DNA from: Ophelia neglecta
Taxonomy: Eukaryota
Direction: 5' to 3'
Length of the DNA: 64,000 nucleotides
Assembly: GCA_965285935.1 (NCBI GenBank)
Contig: OZ260662.1
Span: 3,472,001 to 3,536,000, forward strand
The translations under genes were made by a program, and so were the position numbers. The first letter of the stretch is position 1; every line of letters begins with the position of its first letter. Positions 26,556 through 37,571 of the stretch are shown here, piece by piece. The notes beneath the pieces were generated by a model. That model was not told the DNA's origin. It searched no databases and saw nothing but the letters and a program-made list of their open reading frames with translations.

Positions 26556-29500
26556 ATGTATTTGGTCATTTTCAGGTAACTATTTATTTGTGTTGTTTCT
26601 AGTACCAAGATAAATCCATACTAATAGAATCAAATGTTAAGCAAGAAAATCGCAATTAAATATCAATTTTCACATATTTGGGTATTTTGTTTGCTAGACT
26701 TTCTAGTTTAGCTGGCCATAAGACATGTTCTTATCAGTCCATTGATAAGCCAATACTCTCAGCTGGAAAATTTGTTTGCTATGATTTTGCATTTTTGTCA
26801 TTGGATTACCCTAATACCCCGAGGCAAAGACAACCATTTTTCTACAGAAACCAGTTCATGTCTTCATCAATATAATGTATTCTTGTGAATTTCGTCGCAT
26901 GCTTATTTCCTTTTGTTTCGCTGGTCCCAGTTTCTGAAGCGGTATTAACTCTAAACTCGGATTAAAAACAGGATTAAAGTGCTTAATCCGTCTTAACTTG
27001 CTAATCAGGGATTCTGGAAGGTGGATTTGGTATTAAACCTAGTTATTTTGGTCTTAAACCTAATAATGGGCAATTGAAACACAGAATTACTCAGTCTTAG
27101 CCAATCAGTAATAGGCTAATCTAATCCCTTTTCATAATCCTGCCTCTAGAAACTGGACCCTGGGGAATGATGTCTGTGGGCCTACAACGTGCAGTTCTGA
27201 TGATTTCCGACTATTATATAATGGACTATTTTTTCTGGCTGGTATTCAAGCCCGTCTTTAAGTTAATATAGCTAGAACGACCCAAACAGTGCGGGAGAGG
27301 ATACCTGGCAGCAAAATACCAAATCATTGGTCTAGAACAGTCCAGTAAATTGGTCGAAAATCACCAGGAACCATCAGCCACAGGCCCACATACGTCACTA
27401 AATTAATTTCCATCACCCAAACTGTAAATAAATATGTTCGCCCAAACAATTAGTTTACACTATCTGTGCATGTTTATTTTTCCAGTGCCCTTTTGAGTTT
27501 ATGCTCGGTGTCAGCAGCACCAGTAAGTACATTTAGATACCTAAGTTCTTATATGTATTTCACAGACTTTGCAATTTGGCAGTGACAATTGACAATTGTA
27601 TACATGTACTTGAATATACCAGCGATATATGTTTATAAATTTAAATGGTTTGAACACTTGAGCGACATTGATCCTTTAATCAGGGAAATCGGGATATACT
27701 CAGACTAGCGATAAATCGATATATGGTGTTGAATTCTTGAGGTGGAACGCTTTGGGCCAGTTCTTATAACACTATTGTGATCTATGAAGCATCTATTATG
27801 TTTATTTAAGATACTATGGACTTCGGATGGTAAAATAAAATAAAAATTCACGCGCTTGATCACTTCTGCCTATTGCCTTATATTTCTTGCCCCATACCAT
27901 TATCAGTTTTAATTCCTGAAATGTGCATATAAAAAAGGAACAATCATTTCACCACAACTATATATCAATTTTATTAATGTGTGGAATGACTGCTGATATT
28001 TGTAGACAGTTTAGGGACAAACCATTAGATATCTAGGGGGGGGGGGGGGGAGGCCAGAGAACTTGGCTCTAGTTAGGAAATTTTTTTTCATAAATAAAGT
28101 TGACAGAAAATTTTTTTTCACCACAGAATCTGCCAGATTATTTTTTTCCTCTATATAATATATTTTTTTACTTAAAAATAATAGGCAGATTTTTTTTTTT
28201 TATGTATTTTTCTGGCAGATTTTTTTTTTTTCAGAAAATCAAAGCCAGAAAATTTATTTTCATTTTTTTCTGCCCCCCCCCCCCCCTAGATATCTAATGG
28301 TCCGTCCCTTAACACCCTCAAGGGCCGGTTTCTGGAAGCCGGCTTATCTCTAATATATGGCTTACAATCAGGATTTAACTGCTCAAACAGCCTTAATTTG
28401 TTTAGCTGGCTTTCTGTGAGCTGGCTTTGTTTTCAAACCTAGCTACTTTGGCCTTAAACTTCATCCAGTTGGATGGAAACAAATGATCCGCCATGCTTGA
28501 GGGTCGTTACCGTAGGAGATATATGGAATAGCCATACATTGGCCGCTGTCGTCAAGCCGCCAAACATACAGTGTGCCTACCGCCTGATGCCAGGACCATT
28601 TCCTTTAGACAATTTCATTATTAGTCTCTATACTGTGTGAGAGCGTGGACCAGCATAGACTCTCCAAGGGCACATTTGACATCTGTCCTACGTTGACCAC
28701 TGACTCGTTTGTTATGTGTTCTGGCTCGCACCATGGTATACTACTTCTTATTGCTAGTAGTGTCCCTTTTGCATTATCTGTCCTACGCGGATCACTGAGT
28801 CGTTTGTTCTGTGTTCTGAACCACATCATGAAGACCTGGTGACTACTTCTCATTGAAAGTGATATCAAAAGTATGCTTTCATTTAATATTATTTGCATTA
28901 CACGTTAATTCAGTGTTTGTGGAGCTGGAGAATGATTTATTGATGTTTTTGGGGCTGTGCCCGCTGGTTCCTGATCAAATCGGAATGTAAAGATTTATCT
29001 TGGTCCGCCGGGTATCCGACCCCGTTACTTTATGTATGTGTTTATTTTGTTTATTATATTTCGTCAGTGGAAGAATGACGTCACGATGGAAGAGCTGTAC
29101 TTGGGTCTAACATTACCTAAAGGTGACCGCATCCAGCTGATAGAGGAAGAAAACCTGAACCTTCCAACGGACCGCTTTGATATCATTCTTCAATTGGTCG
29201 CTCCTGTAACGTAGGTTTAATTGATATCATTCTTCAATTGGTCGCTCCTGTAACGTAGGTTTAATTGATATCATTCTTCAATTGGTCGCTCCTGTAACGT
29301 AGGTTTTAATTAGGTCACTGATTGCTTCATACTTCGGCATATCGGTTTAACTACAGTGAAACCTGTCTTTTAAGATCAGTCAAGGGACTGGCTAACAGTG
29401 GCCACATTAGCAGGGTGACCTGACTAGACAGGTTAAGTTATATAGTCTTATTTGGAGAAGGGGCTGAAAAAGAATGACCATAATAAGCAGGCGACCTTAT

Positions 29501-32317
29501 TACAGAGGTGACCACTAACACAGGTTAGACTGTACTTATAAAAGGTGAAATGAGATTGGTGGAATACTAGGATTGGTAGTTGAAGAGGATGGAAATTAAG
29601 AGTAGTGAAGGATTGGGATTAATGGTAGTTGAGTATGGGAAAAGAATGTAGCGGAGGTGGGTAGAGAATAAAGTGGGGATTATAGTTAAAATAGGATGGG
29701 ATAGCAGCAAGTTTAAGGTTCGGATTGAAGGTAACAGAAGAAAGGGATTGCGGATTGTGCAGAATGGTAATTTTAAGCAGCAGATGATTTGAATCGGAGA
29801 AAGCAGTGGGTGTGGATTGGAGTTAACAGCACATAGTGATTGGAAGATTAATGATTTTATAATAACATAGTTAATGAATGCAACACTATTCCCCCTGGGC
29901 CGGCTATCTAAGCTATGTCTGCCTCTTCCTCAGCTATCTCCACCTCGGCTATCTCTGTCTCTACTCCGTCTATCTCTAATATTTCCACCTCTTCTTCAGC
30001 CATCTCCACCTGGCCTATCTCCCATTCTACCCCGGCTATCTCCACCTCTACCTCAGCCATCTCTACGCCGGTTGTTTCCGCCCCTACCTCTGCTGTCTCA
30101 TCCTCCACCTCGGCTGTCTTATCCTCCACCTCGGCAGTCTCATCCTCCACCTCAGCTATCTCTACCTCGGCTGTCTCATCCTCCACCTCGGCTGTCTCAT
30201 CCTCCACCTCGGCTGTCTCATCCTCCACCTCGGCTGTCTCATCCTCCACCTTGGCTGTCTCATCCTCCACTCGGCTGTCTTATCCTCCACTTCGGCTGTC
30301 TCATCCTCCACCTCGGCTGTCTCATCCTCCACCTTGGCTGTCTCATCCTCCACCTCGGCTGTCTCATCCTCCACCTTGGCTGTCTCATCCTCCACCTTGG
30401 CTGTCTCATCCTCTACCTGGGCTGTCTCATCCTCCACCTCGGCTGTCTCATCCTCCACCTTGGCTGTCTCATCCTCCACCTTGGCTGTCTCATCCTCTAC
30501 CTGGGCTGTCTCATCCTCCACCTCGGCTGTCTCATCCTCCACCTTGGCCAACCCCGCCTCCACCTTGGCTGTCTCATCCTCCACCTCGGCTGTCTCATCC
30601 TCCACCTCGGCAGTCTCATCCTCCACCTCAGCTATCTGTACCTCGGCTGTCTCATCCTCCACCTCGGCTGTCTCATCCTCCACCTGGGCTGTCTCATCCT
30701 CCACCTCGGCTGTCTCATCCTCCACCTCGGCTGTCTCATCCTCCACCTCGGCTGTCTCATCCTCCACCTCGGCTGTCTCATCCTCCACCTTGGCCAACCC
30801 CGCCTCCACCTCGGCTGTCTCATTCTCCACCTCGGCTGTCTCATCCTCCACCTCGGCTGTCTCATCCGCCACCTCGGCTGTCTCATCCTCTACCTGGGCT
30901 GGCTCATCCTCCACCTCGGCTGTCTCATCCTCTACCTTGGCCAACCCCGCCTCCACCTTGGCTGTCTCATCCTCCACCTCGGCTGTCTCATTCTCCACCT
31001 CGGCTGTCTCATCCTCCACCTTGGCTGTCTCATCCTCCACCTCGGCTGTCTCATCCGCCACCTCGGCTGTCTCATCCTCTACCTGGGCTGTCTCATCCTC
31101 CACCTCGGCTGTCTCATCCTCCACCTTGGCCAACCCCGCCTCCACCTCGGCTGTCTCATCCTCAACCTCGGCTGTCTCATCCTCCACCTCGGCTGTCTCA
31201 TCCGCCACCTCGGCTGTCTCATCCTCTACCTGGGCTGGCTCATCCTCCACCTCGGCTGTCTCATCCTCTACCTTGGCCAACCCCGCCTCCACCTTGGCTG
31301 TCTCATCCTCCACCTCGGCTGTCTCATTCTCCACCTCGGCTGTCTCATCCTCCACCTCGGCTGTCTTATGCTCCACCTCGGCTGTCTCATCCTCCACCTC
31401 GGCAGTCTCATCCTCCACCTGGGCTGTCTTTTTCTCTCCCTCCGCTGTTTCCGCCCCTTTCTCGGCTGTCTCTGATTCTACCTCGGTTGTCTCCACCATT
31501 ACCTAACTTGTCCCAGAAGGCATTGTTATGTCTAAAATGGATTACTTGTATTTCAGAAAGTGGAAATCTATCGTCCTCCATTCACATGGTGACAACAGCT
31601 ACACCCACACGATGGTCGAGCTTGAGGCCAACCAGATTCCCTTTCAGGTAAGACATGCACGTGAATCAACCTCCTTCTAACAGCGCCATCACGCCCGGCC
31701 CGATGTATAACACGTTTGTATTGAAAACAAACACCTATATACCATCAAGATTAACCAAAATCAGCCTGCAACGCAAGCACAGTCACGTGTCACATATATA
31801 TCGGAAATTGGTAGTTACAAAGAACCTGGTATGTCCCAGTGCGACGGTTTATGACTAGCTTACTCCTGTTTTGGAAGCACATCCTTCAATATTTCCAAAA
31901 AGAAATCTGTTAGAAGCCTAAAAACATGCTTGGTCTGCACTCAGACTGTTAATGGGTTGATTACCTGACAGTCCTTATCACGGCCACGACTTGTTGAATG
32001 ATCAATAGAAGGACCCCTTCCATCTTTAGGGACTTTCCATTACTAAGCGTTTATTTTTAAATAGTCATCTAGCAAGCCCCCGCTCCCCCTATTCCATCTC
32101 CACAGCCCACCCACTTACCCCCCCCCCCCCCTTCACGGTTATCTAATATTGTGTCCCTTGGTAACAGGTGATCATGCGCACCGGGATGCTAGTCGTCAAC
32201 GACCTGGTGCTATGGAAGGACGAGCTGGTCGGTAAGGCGGCGTACTACCGAGTGATCGACGCCAGGGAGGGCATGAAACCCCAGCACATCTACACCTTCC
32301 AGTGGATCAAGGATTAG
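26556..32317 (+). CDS. Unknown secreted protein family, paralogue C (146 aa, 5 exons)
   Basis: Exons 26556-26575, 27486-27522, 29068-29210, 31557-31647, 32168-32317: MYLVIFSALLSLCSVSAAPWKNDVTMEELYLGLTLPKGDRIQLIEEENLNLPTDRFDIILQLVAPVTKWKSIVLHSHGDNSYTHTMVELEANQIPFQVIMRTGMLVVNDLVLWKDELVGKAAYYRVIDAREGMKPQHIYTFQWIKD*. AATAAA near 32427. Confidence 0.85.
26924..27160. mobile_element. MITE-like element (GGTCCCAGTTTCT ... AGAAACTGGACCC)
   Basis: Imperfect terminal inverted repeats; related sequence at about 28321-28460 and 45697-45945. Confidence 0.55.
28011..28312. mobile_element. MITE with long TIRs (TTAGGGACAAACCATTAGATATCTAGGGGG / CCCCCTAGATATCTAATGGTCCGTCCCTTAA)
   Basis: About 35-bp near-perfect inverted termini around a T-rich core. 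Confidence 0.8.
29177..29311 (+). repeat. 44-bp triplication spanning the exon 3 / intron 3 junction of paralogue C
   Basis: TTGATATCATTCTTCAATTGGTCGCTCCTGTAACGTAGGTTTAA occurs three times. Confidence 0.9.
29352..29534. mobile_element. MITE (TACAGTGAAACCTG ... CAGGTTAGACTGTA)
   Basis: Inverted termini flanked by TA; same family as 9631-9810. Confidence 0.7.
29915..31500. repeat. 21-bp minisatellite (GGCTGTCTCATCCTCCACCTC)n with higher-order variants, in intron 3 of paralogue C
   Basis: About 70 units including degenerate flanks. The stop-free unit gives the long repetitive ORFs (AVSSSTS / LSHPPPR / GCLILHL / EVEDETA). Confidence 0.95.
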
Positions 32318-33547
32318 GTCAACTCCTAATAGGACTTAAACCTCAGTCCGTCTTCGCAGTCCAGTGAATTCAGGATTAGCTAAGGCTCTTACAGGAATTA
32401 GCTTGTACTAAAATTTAAACGGTGAAAATAAACTGTATATATTCATTCGCTGGTTTGTTACTCATCATTACAAGCTACCAGTTACATTAACTATAGTTCA
32501 TAGGGTCAAATCATTTGCCATGGTTGTCAAGGTGGCGGGAGGGGGGGGGATTGGGAGGGGGAGAGTTGGGAGATTGGGAGGGTGGGTTGGGGATTGGGGA
32601 GGGGGGGGGGGCTGTCGGTCTATTAGTTGTGGCCTACCATAAGGCACCAATGTGTTTATTAAAATTCCTTTTGTCTATGCTTCTTCATTCAGAAAGCTGG
32701 AACTATTTTTGCATATCAAAAATAGTCATTTGGTTGTATAGCCACCATTTAATTGTAACCATCCGCACACCATGAATAGACCTTCACCAAAGTCACCGTC
32801 TGGCGTTAAGAGCCCTCAACGGGTTAACCCCCTTGTCATTGTAGTACGGGTAGCCCCAAGAAGGGAAAGCGATGATGCGGAAACTGCCAGAGGTAGCAAT
32901 GACATTTTGGTAATCATAGTAACAATGTTGGTTTTTTAATTAAGACACAAAATATTTAAATTTTATGGGTAAAAATGAATTTTGTTAATAATTGGTGTCC
33001 TTCTCCGCAAGATTCGAAACAGAAATTGGTACCGTGTTAGGATTTATTTCTGCTGCTGGAATCCGATGTTTTTGTCCAATTATTTCCTATAATTCGCCGG
33101 GCATGCCACATTACACAGGGGAGGGAGTCGAGGAGGATGGAGGAAGGGGTTGGGGGGGGGGGGGGGCTGCGGTGTCCTGTGAAGTTGTGCATTTAAATGC
33201 ATTCAGTGACAAAGTTGAGACCAGACAGTGTAACATCGTTTCTTTTTATCAATAACAAGTAATGCATTAGGGGAATGGGCAGGTGAGTGAAAACCATGCC
33301 GCCTCTTCATGAAATCTCCAATGTTATCACATAAAAGTGTAAAATGCCTTGAGATTAGTTTATATTGTCAACAATGCCACTTCCCTCCGAGTTTAATGTT
33401 AATTCTGTGTCGGACAATGAAGCCGCCCCCTCCTTCTCCCCCCCCCCCCCACCCTCCCACACCAGACGATCCCACCCACCCTCTCTCACACAACTTCTCT
33501 CATTGCTACCCCCCTTCCTCGAGTAACACCAAACACACTCCTCCTGT

Positions 33548-35122
33548 CCTTCAGCCTTCATTAATAAAGCGACTATCTAAGGTTATTACCTAGCCCCTCG
33601 CACATACCGCTCCAACCCCCTCTCCCCTCCAGACGATTCCGCCCCCTACCCCCTCCCACATACTGTCTCTCTTTGTACCCTGTGTCCTTCAGCCTTTATA
33701 AATAAAGCGACTGTCTAAGGTTATCACCTAGCCCCTCGCACGTACCGCTCCTCCCCCTCTCCCCCTCCAGACGATTCCGCCCCCTACCCCTCCCACATAC
33801 TGTCTCTCTTTGTACCCCTGTGTCCTTCAGCCTTCATAAATAAAGCGACTGTCTAAGGTTATTACCTAGCCCCTCGCACGTACCGCTCCTCCCCCCTCTC
33901 CCCCTCCAGACGATTCCGCCCCCCTACCCCCTCCCACATACTGTCTCTCTTTGTACCCCTGTGTCTTCAGCCTTCATAAATAAAGCGACTGTCTAAGGTT
34001 ATTACCTAGCCCCTCGCACATACCGCTCCAACCCCCTCTCCCCTCCAGACGATTCCGCCCCCTACCCCCTCCCACATACTGTCTCTCTTTGTACCCTGTG
34101 TCCTTCAGCCTTTATAAATAAAGCGACTGTCTAAGGTTATCACCTAGCCCCTCGCACGTACCGCTCCTCCCCCTCTCCCCCTCCAGACGATTCCGCCCCC
34201 TACCCCCTCCCACATACTGTCTCTCTTTGTACCCCTGTGTCCTTCAGCCTTCATAAATAAAGCGACTGTCTAAGGTTATTACCTAGCCCCTCGCACGTAC
34301 CGCTCCTCCCCCCTCTCCCCCTCCAGACGATTCCGCCCCCCTACCCCCTCCCACATACTGTCTCTCTTTGTACCCCTGTGTCCTTCAGCCTTCATAACTA
34401 AAGCGACTGTCTAAGGTTATTACCTAGCCCCTCGCACGTACCGCTCCTCCCCCTCTCCCCCTCCAGACGATTCCGCCCCCTACCCCCTCCCACATGTTGT
34501 CTCTCTTTGTACCCCTGTGTCCTTCAGCCTTCATAAATAAAGCGACTGTCTAAGGTTATTACCTAGCCCCTCGCACCCCCGCTCCACCCCTCTCCTCCCC
34601 TCCAGACGATTCCGCCCCCCTACCCCCTCCCACATACTGTCTCTCTTTGTACCCCTGTGTCCTTCAGCCTTCATAAATAAAGCGACTGTCTAAGGTTATT
34701 ACCTAGCCCCTCGCACATACCACTCCACCCCCTCTCCCTCTCCAGACGATTCCGCCCCCTACCCCCTCCCACATACTGTCTCTCTTTGTACCCCTGTGTC
34801 CTTCAGCCTTCATAAATAAAGCGACTGTCTAAGGTTATTACCTAGCCCTTCGCACGTACCGCTTCTCCCCCTCTCCCCCTCCAGACGATTCCGCCCACTA
34901 CCCCTCCCACATACTGTCTCTCTTTGTACCCCTGTGACCTTCAGCCTTCATAAATAAAGCGACTGTCTAAGGTTATTACCTAGCCCTTCGCACGTACCGC
35001 TTCTCCCCCTCTCCCCCTCCAGACGATTCCGCCCCCTACCCCCTCCCACATACTGTCTCTCTTTGTACCCCTGTGTCCTTCAGCCTTCATAAATTAAGCG
35101 ACTGTCTAAGGTTATTTCTAGC
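33548..35122. repeat. ~139-bp tandem repeat, about 11-12 copies
   Basis: TAAAGCGACTGTCTAAGGTTATTACCTAGCCCCTCGCAC... recurs every 137-140 bp. Confidence 0.95.
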
Positions 35123-35459
35123 CCATTTCAAGACAATCAACATCTGCTATTTCCCACAAATCATAGTATCAAACAACAAATATAGAAGTCCTTCTCTAGT
35201 CCATACCAGCTGCTGTTAAACGTCAGACGGGAGCCGACCTGCAGACGCAGCTCATACGACAACTGGCGAGGGGCTACGGATATTTGGAAAAATTTGGACA
35301 TATTTGTGCTGAAAAACATGTGTGTTTTACAACTTATGAAAAATAAGATGTCTGTTTGGGCCAAATTTAGTTTAAAAAGTTCTGTGTAAAATAAACAATA
35401 ATCGCATAAGATTTCGATAAGAAAAATTCGCGTTAACGATTTTAAATGTAAGAAAGTAA

Positions 35460-37195
35460 TCTTCTAGCCCCCTTACCCCCCCCCCCCTTCTCTCCCCCCA
35501 CTCTTCTATCCCCCCCCCTTCTCTCCCCGCCACTCTTCTAGCCCACCCCCTTCTCTCTCCCCCCACTCTTCTAGCCCCCCCCCCTTCTCTCTCCCCCCAC
35601 TCTTCTAGCCCCCCCCCCCTTCTCTCTCCCCCCACTCTTCTAGCCCCCCCCTTCTCTCTCCCCCCACTCTTCTAGCCCCCCCCTTCTCTCTCCCCCCACT
35701 CTTCTAGCCCCCCCCCTTCTCTCTCCCCCCACTCTTCTAGCCCCCCCCCCTTCTCTCTCCCGCCACTCTTCTAGCCCAACCCCCCCCCCCTCCCCCCCTT
35801 CTCTCTCCCCCCACTCTTCTAGCCCCCCCCTTCTCTCTCCCCCCACTCTTCTAGCCCCCCCCCTTCTCTCTCCCCCCACTCTTCTAGCCCCCCCCTCCCC
35901 CCCCCTTCTCTCTCCCCCCACTCTTCTAGCCCCCCCCCCTTCTCGCTCCCGCCACTCTTCTAGCCCAACCCCCTTCTCTCTCCCCCCACTCTTCTAGCCC
36001 CCCCCCCCCTTCTCTCTCCCCCCACTCTCTAGCCCCCCCCCCCCCTTCTCTCTCCCCCCCACTCTTCTAGCCCTCCCCCTTCTCTCTCCCCCACTCTTCT
36101 AGCCCCCCCCCCCTTCTCTTCCCCCCACTCTTCTAGCCCACCCCCTTCTCTCTCCCGCCACTCTTCTAGCCCCCCTCCCCCCTTCTCTTCCCCCCACTCT
36201 TCTAGCCCACCCCCCTTCTCTCTCCCGCCACTCTTCTAGCCCCCCCCCCTTCTCTTCCCCCCACTCTTCTAGCCCACCCCCTTCTCTCTCCCGCCACTCT
36301 TCTAGCCCAACCCCCCCCCTCCCCCCCTTCTCTTCCCCCCACTCGTCTAGCCCACCCCCTTCTCTCTCCCGCCACTCTTCTAGCCCTCCCCCCTTCTCTT
36401 CCCCCCACTCTTCTAGCCCACCCCTTCTCTCTCCCGCCACTCTTCTAGCCCCCCTCCCCCCTTCTCTTCCCCCCACTCTTCTAGCCCCCCCCTTCTCTCT
36501 CCCCCCACTCTTCTAGCCCCCCCCCTTCTCTCTCCCCCCACTCTTCTAGCCCCCCCCCTTCTCTCTCCCGCCACTCTTCTAGCCCCCCCCCTTCTCTCTC
36601 CCGCCACTCTTCTAGCCCAACCCCCCCCCCCCCTCCCCCCCTTCTCTTCCCCCCACTCGTCTAGCCCACCCCCTTCTCTCTCCCGCCACTCGTCTAGCCC
36701 ACCCCCTTCTCTCTTCCTCCCACTCTTCTAGCCCAACCCCCCCCCCCCTCCCCCCCTTCTCTTCCCCCCACTCGTCTAGCCCACCCCCTTTCTCTCTCTT
36801 GCCACTCTTCTAGCCCCCCCCCCCCCCTCTTCTCTCTCCCGCCACTCTTCTAGCCCAACCCCCCCCCCTCCCCCCCCCTTCTCTCTCCCGCCACTCTTCT
36901 AGCCCCCCCCCTTCTCTCTCCCGCCACTCTTCTAGCCCAACCCCCCCCCCCCTCCCCCCCTTCTCTTCCCCCCACTCTTCTAGCCCACCCCCTTCTCTCT
37001 CCCGCCACTCTTCTAGCCCAACCCCCCCCCTCCCCCCCTTCTCCCCCCCCCCCCCCAGTCTTCTAGCCCCCCTTCCCCTTCTCTCTCCCGCCACTCTTCT
37101 AGCCCCCCCTCTTCTCTCTCCCGCCACTCTTCTATCCCCCCCTCCCCCCCCCTTCTCTTCCCCCCACTCTTCTGCTCCCCCTCCCCTCCCCCTGG
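35460..37195. repeat. Polypyrimidine/polypurine minisatellite (CCACTCTTCTAGCCCCCCCCCTTCTCTCTCCC, about 32-45 bp)
   Basis: About 1.7 kb that is almost entirely C/T on the + strand, with CTCTTCTAGCCC cores and variable C-runs. Confidence 0.95.
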
Positions 37196-37571
37196 TGGAC
37201 TAACATTCCGTATTTATTGTTGTTTTAAAAAAACACTGTACGTTGAATCGATCACTCTCAGAAGTGACTATTGTCGGGCGTCAATACTTTTCTCTAACTA
37301 ATTTATTTATCTGGTTTAATATTAAGATGGCAGCTGATGACGCAAAAATCGGCCCTAAAAGTATATGTGAATCCGCCGAATTATTTTCGGCAAGCCAGGC
37401 TCAATTATTTATCAAACGAGCCCTGATGGAAAAGTGAACAGCGGGGCAGATCTTATCAACAGGGTCTAGGTCGTTGACGCGGGACACCAGTCTACACCTT
37501 GATTTATCGCTCACCACTCTTAAACTCGTTTTCCACACTGACATACGGTACCCAAGACGGCTATCCCCGCC

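Noticed and set aside
29874-31651. 533/578/390-aa + strand ORFs (extensin-like, mucin-like, LRR-like)
   Set aside because: They are alternative frames of the same 21-bp minisatellite inside an intron of paralogue C, whose flanking exons splice in frame without them.
35372-37127. Gly/Arg/Glu-rich minus-strand ORFs
   Set aside because: Translations of a polypurine repeat with variable G-run lengths that constantly shift frame.
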